DNA of 64,000 nucleotides from Cenococcum geophilum (lineage: Eukaryota), in the NCBI GenBank assembly GCA_050273025.1, contig CP158635.1:10044001-10108000 (forward strand). Reading direction: 5' to 3'. Under the pieces are notes generated by a model. The model saw nothing but the letters and a program-made list of their open reading frames with translations, had not been told where the DNA came from and did not search any database. A program made the translations under genes and the position numbers. Below are positions 15,301 through 28,827 of this stretch, piece by piece (positions within the stretch are counted from its first letter, which is position 1; the number at the start of each line of letters is the position of its first letter).

Positions 15301-15859
15301 CGCGCTAAAAGAGCTTAATAATAATTAAAGCCATTAGTAACAGAGGCGTAATTAGAAGACTATAGTCGTCTATATATTAATATAGAAGAGAAAGTTGCCT
15401 ATTAGAAAGGCCGTAATTAACTGCATTAATTATTAGTTTAACGCGGGGGAATAAAGAAATAAGTGGGCTAGACGTGCATACATATAAGCGCTAAGGGGAC
15501 GGTAGAAATGCCTTAATGCGACCGTGTCAGGGACTAGCAGCAAGAAGAGAAGGAGGCGCAGCGTTAGGAGAAAGGAAAGATGGAAGATAAGAGGAAAAGC
15601 AGTGAGAGAAATGGCCTTTTATAGTTGAGGTCAAGGGGTAGTCTTAGCTTAGCTGGGGTTAATAAGCGAGGGCGCCTTGCTTATAAAGGAAGCCTCTATT
15701 TCCTAATACGTAGTCTTTATTTTATTTTTTACTAAATAAATAAAGGGCCTATAATAAGCCTTTATAGATACCCTTATTTAATAAAAGGCTTAACACTAAG
15801 AGACAATTAGATCCCTAAGAAAAGAAATTAAAGAGATCTACTGTAACCCACTATCTGCT

Positions 15860-18800
15860 ATACTATTACCCCCATCCGCTCCTACTAGTGTTAACCTATA
15901 AGTACTAGATAGAGGAGACGTGTTTAAAACTGGCTCCTTAACCCCAAATTTACTAATTAGTGCCCCTATAAAGAAGCTAACTAAATATCTTCTTAATCCT
16001 CCCGCCTATTTAGGTAAAAGGAGTAAACTACGCTCCTTCTTTAACCAACTTAAGAATAAGCTAAATGGTAATATTAATCGCTACCCTACCCCTAATAGTT
16101 AACTATATTATACTATAAGCTATCTAATGGGAGACGCCGCGGAAACTATATACCCGTTTTAGCTAAGCACTATAAAAGAACTAGTTACTATACTAGAAGC
16201 ATTTTATAGCGACCCTAACTAAATTATAATAGTATAAAGGAAACTAAATAAGATAATATATAGCTCTAAGAGCTTCCTATTATACTTTGCTAAGTTCTAC
16301 CGCTATACTAAAGAGACTAGATGGAATAAACCCGCCTTAATTAATCGCCTAGTGGAATCCTTAAACTCTAAACTAAAGGCTTCCCTTATAGGAGTTAAGC
16401 TGCCGGATACCCTTACTACCTACGCTAATGTTATTAACGGCCTGTATAACGATATACTACGCCTTACCCCAAAATATACACTTTAATACTTTACCCCTTA
16501 ACTATCTAAGACCCGCAAGGACTTAAACGCTATAGATATTAACGCTAGAACCCTTTCTTACGCCCTAAAAGGATCTGCTAAATATAAATAACGTATTAAA
16601 TATAGCCTTTGTTTTAAATGCGGAAGCGATACTTATATCTTAAGTTACTGCTTTATCCCCTTACCTAAAATAAATATTCAAACAACTAGTATAGGTAGTG
16701 TACCGCTATCCTAATTATATAAAAGGACAACTAGTATAAGTAACTAATTGCTTCCGTTAAGCCCTACCTACTAACCCTAATTGTTATTTAATTCCGGTTT
16801 AGTATTTAGTAAATACCACTTATAAGGACGAAGCTATAATTAATACGCTATAAGAACTCCGCCCTAATTACCTCTAAAAGGAAAGTCCTGGAGCTAAGTC
16901 GCTTTCTAAAACGGCTTTGCCTTAGGATCTTATTAAATGCTTTAGATATTATAAACTCTAACTTCTAGGACCGTAGTATAACTATTAACTGCTATCTTTA
17001 GTAGAATGGTTAATAAGCTAGTACTTAAGTCCTAATTAATATAGGAGCTAGTAGCATAGAATTTATCAATAAGATCTTCGCGTAAGATAATAGTTTTACC
17101 CTAACCCCCCTTAACCGGCATATTAACGTATTTAGATTTAATAGTAAACGCACGGTCTTAGGCTAAATTACCTATATAGTATACCTAAGACTCTAATACC
17201 TAAACCATAAAGAACTAATTAGGCTTTTTATTACCACCTTAGGTTACCTAGTAATCCTTAGACAACCCTAGATAAAGCTTTATAAGGTAACTATTAATTA
17301 AAACAACCTTAAGCTTCTATTTACCGCCTCCCGCTATAAGTAGAAGTGCCTTATAACTTACTACTTAGACCTAAAACTAAAATTTAAAAAATCTACTAAA
17401 ATCTACCCTATACCTAAGAAGTCTACCCGATTCCACTAGCCTAGGAATTCCACTAAATTCTACTAATATAAGACTTCCACCGATATCTATTAAAGATCTA
17501 AAAATTCTACCGAACCCTATAAACCGATTCTAACTACTATACCGCCCTAAGCTAAGTAGAAGCTTAAGCTTAATATACGAAAATACTAGAAGGACTAGCA
17601 TTTTACTATAAAAAGGATTCTTAAAGAACCCGAACCTAAATCTAATACTAACTCTATACCTAATACCGAACCTAAACCTAAATAAGAAACTAGGGACAAT
17701 CTAAGCGAGCTTAGCACCCTAGATATCCGCATAATTAGAGCTGCCCCGCTAGCGCAACTTGCTAAGAAACCCAAGTATACGATCTTCGCTGTTATAATAG
17801 CCGACATTAAGAAGGCCTTAGTATTAAAGAAGTATACTAACCCTACCACGAAGGTACTAGTAGAGTATTATTACCGCCTAGATATATTCTTATAAAAGGA
17901 AGCTAATAAGCTACTAGAACACCAACTATACGACTATAAGATTATACTTAAAGAAGGAAAGTAGCCTAGATTTGGACCCTTATATAGGATGTCCTAAAAC
18001 AAACTCTAAGTGCTATAAAAGTATTTAGATAAGAACCTAAGTAAAGGATTTATTAGAGCAAGCTTATCGCCTATAGCCGTACTAGTAATCTTTATTAAGA
18101 AACCCGGCAGCAGTCTGCGCTTCTATATAGACTACTAAGCTCTTAATGCCGTTACCATTAAGAACTAATATCTAATCCCGTTAATATAAGAGACGCTAAA
18201 CTAATTAAGTAAGGCGCGTTACTACACGAAGCTTAATATTATCTCTGCATTTAACCGTCTTTATATTATAAAAGGAGATAAATAGCTTACTGTATTTTAT
18301 ACCCGATATGGACTATTTAAGTACTTAGTAATACCCTTTGGCCTCGTAAACGCTCCAAGCTTGTTTTAATATTACGTAAATAACACCCTACGTCCCTACC
18401 TAGACATCTTCTATACTGCTTATATTAATGATATCCTAATATATAGTAATAACCTAACCGAATATTGGAAACACGTTAACCTTGTCCTATAAGCCCTATA
18501 TAGAGCTAGTCTATAATTAGATATAGATAAGTGCGAGTTTTATAAAACGGAAGTCCTATACCTTAGACTCCTTATTTCTATAAACGGTATATAAATAGAC
18601 CTAAAGAAAGTCGAAGTAATTATAAACTGGTAAGAACCCAAGAACGTTAAAGATATAAAAGCCTTTATAGAATTTGCCAATTTCTACTAATAGTTTATTA
18701 ATAACTTCTCCGCCCTAGTTTTACCCCTTATAGCTTTAACCTAAAAGGATAAAATCTTTGTCTTTAATAAGGAATATAAGAAGGCCTTTGCCTATCTAAA

Positions 18801-21228
18801 GGTTATATTTACTACTACGCCTATACTTTAATACTTTAACCTAAACTAAATAAGTGTTATAAAAGCCGATTTATCTAACTACGTTACTAAAGGTATCCTG
18901 TCTTAATATAATAAGGATGGAGTATTGCACCCCGTAGTATACTTCTTAAAATAACTAAGCCTAGCTAAATATAACTACGAGATCTATAATAAGGAATTAT
19001 TAGCTATTATTAGATGTTTTAAACAATAGCAACCTAAACTAAAAGGCGCTAGATTTCCAATTAAGGTCCTTAGCAACTATAAAAACCTACAGTACTTTAC
19101 AACCACGAAATAGCTAAGCCATTATTAAGCCCGCTAGTTAGAATACCTATCCCGTTTCTAATTCTTAATTATATACTATCTAGGCGTTTAAGGCTAAAAG
19201 CCTAATGCCCTAACCCAACGCTCGTAAGACGCGCTAGTACTAAAAGAAGCGCGCTCTTACTAAAATTAGACCCTGCTTTATCCCGAACTATTTAACCCTC
19301 CTACTAAAGATATTATGGTATACGCCCTTAAAATAACTAATTAATTAATTAAATAGATTATAACTAACAAATACCTAAATAACGAGTTTATTTAAGAGAC
19401 GCTTAAGCTAATATAAGATAGCATTTAACGTTCTAAAAGGATTTCCCTAAGTAAATATAAAGCCTATAGGAACCGCTTATACTACTAGAACCGCCTAGTT
19501 ATACCTAACTATAATGAACTTAAGCTTAAGCTCCTTAAATATATATATAACCTACCTATTGCCGGCCACCTGGGCTAAGGAAAAACCCTAGAGCTACTTT
19601 AATAGGAGTATTACTAGCTAAATATATATAATATAATACGAAGGTATGTCTCTAGCTACTATATCTATTAATAAGCTAAAGCTTCGCATAAGATGTATAA
19701 CGGCCTCCTAAAGCCACTGCCTGTTCCGGACCGAAGATGGAAGGATATCTTAATTAACTTTATTGTTAACCTCCCCGTAAGTAAAGGCTGTATAAATATT
19801 ATAGTAGTGGTAGACCAACTATCTAAGATAAGGTACTTAATCGCCTACCCTAATATATTAACGCCTGCTATTACCTAACTGTTTCTAAATTATGTATAAA
19901 AACTCTATAGACTTTCTAAAATAATTATCTCCGATAGGGGCAGCTAGTTTATCTTTATATTTTAGAAAAAACTAACTACCTAACTCTATATTAAAGCACT
20001 ATTGTCTACGGCATACTACCTAGAAATGGATGGTTAAATAGAACATATAAATGCTATAATAGAATAGTATATTCGGATATACACGTCGTACCTATAAGAT
20101 AACTGGATTAACTGGCTTGTATTTACTAAGTTTACCGTAAATAATTCCGTCTTGGAAACTATAAAGGTCTCCCCGTTCCTGGCCAACTACGGCTAGTATT
20201 TATAAATGGGTTTTAAACCCTTTAGTAATGTTCCTTACCCCGCTTACTACGCCTTATAAATTATAGAAGTAAATAAATTCGTAAAAAAGATAGAGGAACT
20301 ATAACAGTTTTTTACTAATAAAATAATATAGGCTTAATCTGTCTATAAAGCCGCAGTAAATAAGAAATAAACCCTAGCACCAGCCTACTAAATTAGTAAC
20401 TTTGTCTAGCTAAATATAAAAAATCTAAATATAAAACGCCCTACTAAGAAGCTTAATTAGAAGAACGCTGGCCTTATAAGATTAAGAAGGTCGTTTCCTC
20501 TTATGCCTATTAGTTAAAGCTCCCTAATACGGTTAAAATCCACCCTATATTCTATACGTTAGTCCTCTACCCTACTGCCCCCGTATTAAACGCCCTGCCT
20601 AAATAGATATAAGACCCTCCCCTACTAGTTAAAATGGATGGTGAGAACAAGTACTTTATTAAAAGAATTAATAATATTAAGTATAATAAACGGAAACGCT
20701 AGTATATGTACCTTATAAAATGGAGAGGCTTTACTAAGCCCTTATAGGAACCTGTTAACTCTATAGGACTTATATAAGCCGCAGAAGACTTTTATAAACT
20801 CTACCTAGAACTACCACAGCCTAATCTCGCAGAAGCTTAAGTTTAAAGGGGGGGTACTGTTACGGGATACCCCCGTAACACCTTACACACGTCTACCTAT
20901 TTCTACCAACTTAGCAATTAAAGATTAACCGCAAAATGGTAATCTAACGGTAATCTAATAGCAATCTAACGGCAATCTATGGTATTCTGCTATATTCTAC
21001 CAAGTTCTACTAAATTCTGCTAAGTTCTGCCAGGACTACGACCTAAACCCTATTCTGCCCTATATACGTGTTAATTAAGCAACTAAGTCAACAATATATG
21101 CCCATTCTTCCCGTTTTCCTACCTTCTTTCCTTACGCAACGTCTTGATCTTATTACACAGTTCATATACATAGCTTAATAATATCTACTTTGCTATATAT
21201 TATCGTCGCTTATACTTACTCTATAACA
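15860..21228 (+). mobile_element. Ty3/gypsy chromovirus LTR retrotransposon, RIP-inactivated, 5' LTR missing
   Basis: Domains in order: gag with Zn knuckle CFKCGSDTYILSYC (~16610-16651); protease LINIGAS (~17032); RT with YINDILIYS (18421); RNase H; integrase (GHLG, DILINFIVNLP, IISDRGS, AYYLEMDG*IE); GPY motif (~20470); chromodomain YLIKWRGF (~20710); polypurine tract; LTR. Confidence 0.95.
20858..21228 (+). repeat. 3' LTR (371 bp) of the gypsy element
   Basis: Follows the PPT AAAGGGGGGG (20845-20854). Starts TGTTA, ends TAACA. The Helitron frame resumes immediately after 21228. Confidence 0.85.
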
Positions 21229-24200
21229 TTAAGCCTTTAAAGTAGTCGTTATTATATATAGGGTAGATTTAATAAAGGCGGCGATTAATCTAGGCTAGAT
21301 ATACTTGCCTAATTATAGATTTCTCGTTAAGGATAAGATAGTAAATATCCTTAAAAGCCTGTTATAGAGGTGCAAGACTAGTAGTAGGTAAGTCCTTAAA
21401 TAGGCGATTTATTGGTAACCTTAATAGATTATATATAGTTCTGCCGTTAATATTAAAGGCAGCTACCCTAGTAGGGGCCGCTTAAGCTAATAGTATTGGC
21501 TTGCTATTAGCCCTTGCTATATTATAGAGCGTAGTAAAGAGAATAGTAATAAAATGTAATTTACTAGTTTCTGCCTCTCTATTAATATTAATCCGTAGTA
21601 AAGAGGGGCCAACACCCACTTAAATCTGCTTGTAGTAATTAATTATAATATTATAAATATAACGCTAGCCTAGTTGTAAGGAGAATAGAGTTGCTATTTA
21701 GGATAGGCGGCTCTATGGTAGAGGCTGTAGCCGTACTTCTTGCTAATAAGTCCTCTTATTAAGCTGCGGGTATGTACCCTAATATATACTCTAGTCGTAG
21801 TTATAATTAAGCTCCCTATTACTAAGCCTGTTAGGATTCTTAATTTTAACTCCATTAATATTTTAAACGCGGGTATGCAGGGCCTTAAAGAACTAGTATA
21901 GCTCTAAGTCGTCTACAAAATCGCCTTTAAACTTATTAATATTATTAGTAGTTTTGCGACCTTTTTCTAGTTTTTAATTATAGAAGTAGTTAGGTAGGTG
22001 CTAATAAGAGTTAATATAAGCCTAATAGGAAGCTATATAATTAGGGGCCCCGAATCTATTAGTATAAGTAGCTACTTCCTTATACTCCCTTTATAGATAA
22101 TAAAGAATAAGCTTTATATAGTAGAACTTAGGATACTATAAATAGGAAGGATTGTATTTATATTACGGAAAGTATAATATAACTTAAGGCCTTACTCTTA
22201 GTTAACGCTTATAAGTAGAGTAATTAAAATAGAGTAGAAAGTTAAGGAAAGTAATATCTTCTACCCTATTTAGGCGGCGCTTATATTTCTTATAGTTAGA
22301 TAGTCCGTACCCTCTTAGTTATCTATCCTTAAGCTTATATATAGCGCTTTAATTATCCTTCTAGTAGCAGTCTAAAGTTATTATATTTCTTAAGCCTTCG
22401 GAAAGGGGAATGTTAAGAAGTAGATAGTATACCTCCTATACTAACCAATCGCGTTTAGTAATAAGCTTATTTATAAACTTAGCTACTATTAAACTAAAGG
22501 TATAGAGACTATTAGTATACGGCTATACTAATTAGAGTAACTCCTAGTAGGAAGTTAACTTCTTCTCTTTCTTACTGCAATATTTGCCTATATAGTTAAC
22601 TATTACTAATATACTTATAGCGGGCAACGTATTAATATTTGCTATCTACGCCAGTAGTATAGCTAAATTAGAGCTATTAAGAAGCTTATTATTACGCTAT
22701 AGATAGAACGTCTAGTAATATAGATTTTAATCCTTTAATACAGCGGCCTTATTGTAGAGAGAGCGTAGAAAGTAAAAGCGGCACTTCTTTATTCTAGCGG
22801 AGCCTTTCTTTAATCTTAAGTAGTAAGATTTAGTATAATTACGGTGCTGTTAAAATCAATTAAGGTAGGCAGTAAGAAGCTTACTAGTGTTAAGGTATTC
22901 TTTATAGCTAAGAGTAGAAGGATATTAAAGATTAGGAGGCCTAGATTAATTAGGATTTATTATAGATATAAAAGCAGCCTAGTGCTTAGTAAAAGCCGCC
23001 CTTAATTTACTAGTTAACGGATCTAGCCTTAGGGCTGTTAAACTCTATAAAAAGCTATATATATAGCCGCTACCTTATACCTACTACTTATATCGGGACT
23101 AAAAGTTAGTGCTATTAAATAGACCTATAAGCACGTGCTTCCTAAATAGATTAAAGCGGCGATATAGCTAGTAAGCAGTAATATATAGGTTATTGTTAAG
23201 ATTTTAAGAAGTAATCTAGTAGCGCTAAGCCTTATTAGCAGCCTTATATTTATTAAATTAAGGTATATAAGAGTGTAGATTATACTAATATAGATTAGTA
23301 GTGCTAAGTGTAAAGAATAGAGACCCGCTTTTAATATTTTTAGTATAAACTATAAGCTTATTTCTTTTTTGCTTCTAGTAAAGCCTAGTGCCCTTAAGCT
23401 TCCGTATATATTATATAATCTTATTTAGAATCTAATTACCCTTACTACTATTTATAAGATTACTAAGCTTATCTAAAGATAGACTATTTTTATTTAATTA
23501 GCCGTAAAGAAAGCGGGTGGCGTTAAGGGCTTACTCTCTTATAATCTGATTAAACATATAGTAGCGAAATAAGGGATAGCGGCTAAACTAACCGTCCTAA
23601 TACTTAAGTATATGCTTGGCGTATGTAGCTAGGGTAACTATACAGCTTCGTAGCATATTAAAGTTGGCTTTACTATAAGGAAATAGAGTAGGAAAGGCGC
23701 TACGTATAATAAAACTAGCTAATCGCTTAGAGAGAGGTGTTTACCGTATAGTAGGAACCTCTAGCCCTGCTTATAGGTCTTATTAGTATTAAACCTTGCG
23801 ACCTAAAAGCTCTAATTTATTAAGGTTAGGTATTAGATTAGGAACTAGAGTATCTAGTATATTGTTATTAAATTCGCCGTCCGGTATATTACTATTAAGC
23901 TTAGTAGGTAGAGCAGAAGGACATTGTATAGGAGTAGTAAGGTAAGCCGTTAAGCCACTAGAATTAGACTTTAACTTTAACTTATTAATATAAGGTAGCT
24001 ACTCTAATATAAAGCCGTTTTTAGGTAAGCTAGTAAGCTAGGTGCTATATATTTTAATATTATAATAATTAGGATAATTAACCTTTAGAAAGTAAAGCTA
24101 CTATGCTATAATAGAGCGCCTTATAGTATACCGCTTGGTAAACCGCTAACTTAGGTATTTACTACCCTTTATCGCTATAGGCCTTACGACCAGTATATTA

Positions 24201-25100
24201 AGTTTAGTAGGTAGTTATAGTAGCTGCCTTTAAGTCTTTAGTATGTTCTAGCTAAAGTAGTAAATATAGCTAATATAGCGATATTGCTAGCCGCGTATAC
24301 GCACGACTTATAGATAAACGTATACGCGCTTAATTAGAAGCTCTTCTACCGCGGTAAGTATAGGTAGGAAGCTAGGAACAGGCCGCGGATTAAGCTCGTT
24401 GCTTTTACTAAATAGGGGAGAAAAGGTTAGATTATTAAGGTTATTAGCGTCCCTAATACAGGCTTTATATATATTTATATTATTACCCTCTATAGCTAGG
24501 CCTATTTAGAACTACCGCTCTTTATAACAACTGTATATCTCTATATATTTAGCCTATAGTATACTCCTAAACTTCTTAATTCGCACCTAATTAATAGCTA
24601 AAATAGGGTGTAGTGTAGCTAAAGCCAGAGCTTGCTGTAAGGAAGGTGGTATTAGTGCTAAAGTAGGTATTGGCGCTGGAGTAGGTATTAGCGCTGGAGT
24701 AGGTATTGACGTTGGAGTAGGTATTAGTACTGGAGTAGGTATTGGAGCTAGTCCCGGCAAGGACGTATTTAGGCTCTTTTAGATGCCCCTTTTAGCTTTA
24801 TCCGTGGTATATAGTGGAGGAGTAGGCGAGTGAGCTTTACCCTACCGAATGAGAATACGGTGCTCCCGTTGTATTACCCTAATTGTCCTCCGCCGTTGAG
24901 CTATTTTAGGGGTATCTTAGCTATTCTGGCCGCGAGGCAGGAAGGCGTTCTTAGGGTCATTTTTAGGTTAAGTAGTTTGCTGGCGCCTTACAGAATAATT
25001 CTTAGTAGTAAAACCTAGCCCTATAAGAGCTTTCCGCTTTTTTAAAATAGATATAGAGTTCTAGAAAAGTAAGTATAAGTAAAAGTGATATATAGGTAAA
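21229..25100 (-). mobile_element. Helitron Rep/helicase ORF, RIP-inactivated, truncated by the gypsy insertion
   Basis: Minus strand: DUF6570-like LTAVEELLIKRVYVYL*VVRIRG*QYRY (~24280-24360); HUH Rep motif SRYK**V*GSGYIYSF, read as RYEWQxRGSGHIHGF (~23050-23100); Pif1 motifs INREAETSKLHFI (decayed Walker A), APTRVAAFNINGRTIY, ILNEKSII, INRRL..FKGL (21229-21600). Confidence 0.9.
24646..24750 (-). repeat. 18-bp tandem repeat (about 6 copies) encoding Pro/Thr-rich APIPTP units in the Helitron ORF
   Basis: ggagtaggtattggcgct-like units repeated head to tail. Confidence 0.85.
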
Positions 25101-25788
25101 ACATGCCTTTAACTAATATAGCTGGTATAGCTTTAAAAGCTTCTTTAACGGGCCGTCTTTAATAAAGTTAATGCGGGGCTTATAGATATGGCACTTAATA
25201 CACTTAATTGCAGTAGGCTCTACTACGTTTATAATGTATATAGTGCTGTTAATTAAGGTGTCAACAAAAAAGGAATACTAAGATATTTTAACGTTCGCAA
25301 TATTTTGATATTTATTACGTGGATTCTGCTATAACTTACCGCGCGCTATATATTTTAAACTAATTAAAAGCGAGCTTGGTAAAGTTTTTAAACCAATTAA
25401 AGACAGGCTTGGCGAAGTTTGAAAATTGGGATAGGAAAGTAATAGACCACTCGTACCTCGGGTTAATAATACACTTTAGGTGCAAATACAGCAAACAAAC
25501 CCCGTTTATTTATTTTTCCGTGCCGAGCTTTTTTGCCGAGGTATATAGACACACGCCTCTCACGTGTGAAATCACGTGCCTCCCGCGCACGCCCCTAGAT
25601 TCCTCGAAGCCTGCCTCCCTTAAAGCCTCCCTCGAAGCCTCCCTCGAAGCCTTCGTGATAACCACCCCTGTGCAACTACATCGTACAATTACTACAAGTC
25701 GTGGCCACAGAGGAGCTTTTGGGTGATTTATAGCCTTAATTTTGTATACAACACCAAAATTCTATGCAAAATCAATCAAGCGGCCAAG

Positions 25789-25897
25789 CAAGCAAGCAAG
25801 CCGAACGATTTCGGTCAAGCAAGCCAAGCCAGCAAGCTCAAGGTGTCTAAAATTGCAAGCCAGCAAGCTGAAGGCTCTCAGCTTGGCTTGCTTGCTT
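25789..25897. repeat. MITE-like or foldback element built of CAAG units
   Basis: aagcaagcaagcc ... ggcttgcttgctt inverted ends, with internal caagccagcaagct direct repeats. Confidence 0.55.
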
Positions 25898-26462
25898 ATT
25901 ACCAACTCTGAGCATACGAGCTGGGGAGAGTCGGCGCAATCGCCTCTCAAGATAGCTGGGAGTGGGGAAAAAACTGGTCAAATATACCACTTCATTAGAT
26001 GCAAGTCGCTTTCTTGCCTTCAAACACGCGAAGCCTCTTAAAAATTCGCTTTGAATACAGCCGTGTTCTCTTAATGTTCTCTCTGATGCACTACGACGCA
26101 TTACTTGCTTCTTAGGAGCGACACTTTAGAATCTGCTTGTGTTTATTTAACTAGTGCACTTATTGTTCTCACATACAGTGGTCTCGGCTGCGATGTCCTT
26201 AACTTCTTAAAATTGATTGATTTGGCATGTTATTTCATAGCAATTTCTGTCTCAGCGCTCCCTTTAGCAGCCTATGAGATAGTTGCGCTTTGACAACTTG
26301 CAAGGATAACGATCACGTAGGCAGAGGCGCTGCGTATGAAGACGCCTGAGCGTTCCATGCCGTAGCCACCTGACAGCTTGTAGCGGTCGTAGCAACCCGG
26401 TTAAGGGGGGTATCCCTAATATAGGGAGGATTCCGCGCGGGACAGTGGACCTTGGGATGCGA

Positions 26463-26529
26463 CCCATGCAGCGGGTACCCGTGCAGCGAGTATCCCACGC
26501 AGCGGGTTAGCGAGTATCCCATGCAGCGG
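26463..26529. repeat. Short tandem repeat (CCCRYGCAGCGRGTA-like, about 4 copies)
   Basis: cccatgcagcgggta cccgtgcagcgagtat cccacgcagcgggttagcgagtat cccatgcagcgg. Confidence 0.7.
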
Positions 26530-26977
26530 TAATTCGTGTCCCTAGTTTAGCGTCTGACGGGTGGAGCTTGATTGTGTGTATTTCTATCTAGGTTGCCTTC
26601 ACCACTCTCCACGGAAAGATTCCCCCACTACGCACTACCAACGCCTTCATTGGCAAAATAGGCTAGTGCGACACGAGCTACAGGCGGTTTTCGTTGCAAT
26701 TGCGACGGAAACCCCCTTGCAACATATGCTTAGCGCAGCGACGCCTTGAGACGCCATGAATCGCCATATCATCAGAATAAGAAATATTCTTCCTCCAGCA
26801 GGTGATGCGCCATAGCTGTAATCTCCAAAAATCGCTCGCTCGCCAAGGTGCTGGAAACCTTCGCTCCCAGAGCTAGGTCATGAATCCACCTAATCAGATT
26901 CTCTTCTCGTCACATTTTTTCCACCACCGTAGCCCCTGCCTCCCATCCTTCCCTCTTCCTATCCGCTCATACCCCCC

Positions 26978-28827
26978 CTATCCCCAAGTCGGCAACTTCA
27001 TGGTCCCCTTCTCATTCAGATGCTTATGCATATCGAACGAATTCCACAGCAAATGCGGCTCATGGCCCCACCCCTTCCTCAAGCACTCAAACTCCGCCTT
27101 GTCGAAGTAGTCCTGCAAGATGGGCCGATACTCGGGATGCGCACACTTAGCGATGATGACCCTGGCGCGCTCGCGCGGCGACAAGCCCCGCACGTCCGCA
27201 AGGCCCTGCTCGGTGACGATGACGTCGAGGTCGTGCTCGGTCTGGTCGACGTGCGTGCACATGGGCACGATGCACGAGATGCCCGTGGGGTCCGCCTTGG
27301 ACGGCCGCGTCGACGGCGTGTGCATGATGCTGTATTTGGCCGAGCGGAGGAAGTCCGCCGAGCCGCCCAGCCCGTTCAGCATCCGGCTGCCCATGACGCA
27401 GGTCGAGTTGGCGTGCGCGTAGATGTCGACCTCGACCGGCGTGTTCATGCCGATGACGCCCAGCCGCCGGATAATTTCCGGCGAGTTCGAGACTTGCTGC
27501 GAGCGGAGGAGAAGCTTGGGCGCGTATTGGTCCCATTTCTTGCAGAAGCGGGCGAAGCCGTCAGGGGAGAAGCGGATTGAGGTTGCGGTGGCGAATTCGA
27601 GGTTACCGCTGTCGAAGAGGTCGAGGAAGGAGTCTTGGAGCACTTCGGTCCATACGCGGAGATTTTTGAAGTTGGCTTTACCGCCCTAACCGGATTGGTT
27701 AGTGGGTTATCTGCAAGAGGAGACGTTGTGGAATAGGGGCTGACATCTTGATATGATGGAGAAAAGGCGGGAAGTTTCCAGAAATAAACTTACGGCAAGT
27801 CCACCAATGACCGCATTGGCAATATTTCCAATACCAGACTGGAGTGGCAGGAGGTTGTCTGGCAACCGGCCGTGCTTAACTTCATGCAGGAGGAACTCGA
27901 TCAAATTGGTAGCAATAGCTCTAGAAGTGTCGTCCTCTGGAGCATTGGGCTGCGTCTGATCAGGATAATCTGATTCGACAATGGCAACGATCTTCTCTGG
28001 GTCAACGGGGATGTGAGGCGTGCCAATGCGATCTTCAGGTGCCATGATAAGATAAGGTTTGCGGCGAGGAGGAAGATCTGTCATGGTGATGTCGTGAAGT
28101 CCTTCGAAAGAGGGTGCAGCGGTGTTGACTTCGATGATAATCTATTCTCTGTTAACGAAATGCTCCCCGAGACGTAATAATTAAATTCAGAGACTAGAGT
28201 GGTGAGACTCGCCTTGTCAGCCATTTGAATCAGCTCTGGACTTGCGCCGACACTTGGTCCGGGGATGATTCCTCCATCCTCTGTAATGGCGCTGGCTTCA
28301 ACAATCGTGACATCTAGTTTATTGTGCGGCTTGTTCAGCGTGTAGTAGCCATACATTAAGTCTACAGGAAACATGCTCAAGTGCTTGTCGAAGAATTTGA
28401 TGTTGCCGTTGTTGATACCCTTGGCAATATCCTTGCCGACCTGATGCGGAGAGCGGCGCTCGATCATGTTCAAGCGGGCCCACCGATTCTCAGTCTCGGC
28501 ACCGGAGGAGGCGCCAACGAAGAGATTGTATTTCAGTTTACCTTGGAGTCCATTTCTCTCGACATGGTCGGCCAATGCGGTTGGAACTTTTCTAGTGGGG
28601 TAAAGTCAACAATGCTGGGAGAAACAGTAATGGGAATTAAGAAATATGGAATGATTAATTTTATTTGGATGATAGTGTACTCACTTGGGATATCCAACAC
28701 CGGTAAAGCCCGACCAGCCTATGTAGCTACCGTGCGGAAACAGATCAATCAAGTCTTCGGCCTTTGCTAGCTTCTTCAGATAGCTTGGCCTTCGCACGCG
28801 GCTTCTGAGCAGAGCGGACGCGGACAT
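26978..28827 (-). CDS. ACH1: Acetyl-CoA hydrolase / succinyl-CoA:acetate CoA-transferase (multi-exon)
   Basis: [102 protein letters not shown] introns between exons. Confidence 0.95.

Larger units (their letters stand above)
1..25500. repeat. RIP-mutated AT-rich compartment (nested decayed repeats)
   Basis: Strong TpA excess and CpA/TpG depletion, almost no ORFs in 25 kb. Recognisable motifs show C>T/G>A changes (YIDD>YIND, W>stop). Abrupt return to normal composition near 25.5 kb. Confidence 0.95.

Noticed and set aside
15920..19878. Short ORFs at 15920, 17595 and 19693
   Set aside because: Surviving fragments or antisense of gypsy gag/pol, not independent genes.
24646..24750. CRISPR-like appearance of the tandem repeats here and at 5102-5269
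   Set aside because: No unique spacers, no cas genes, eukaryotic context.
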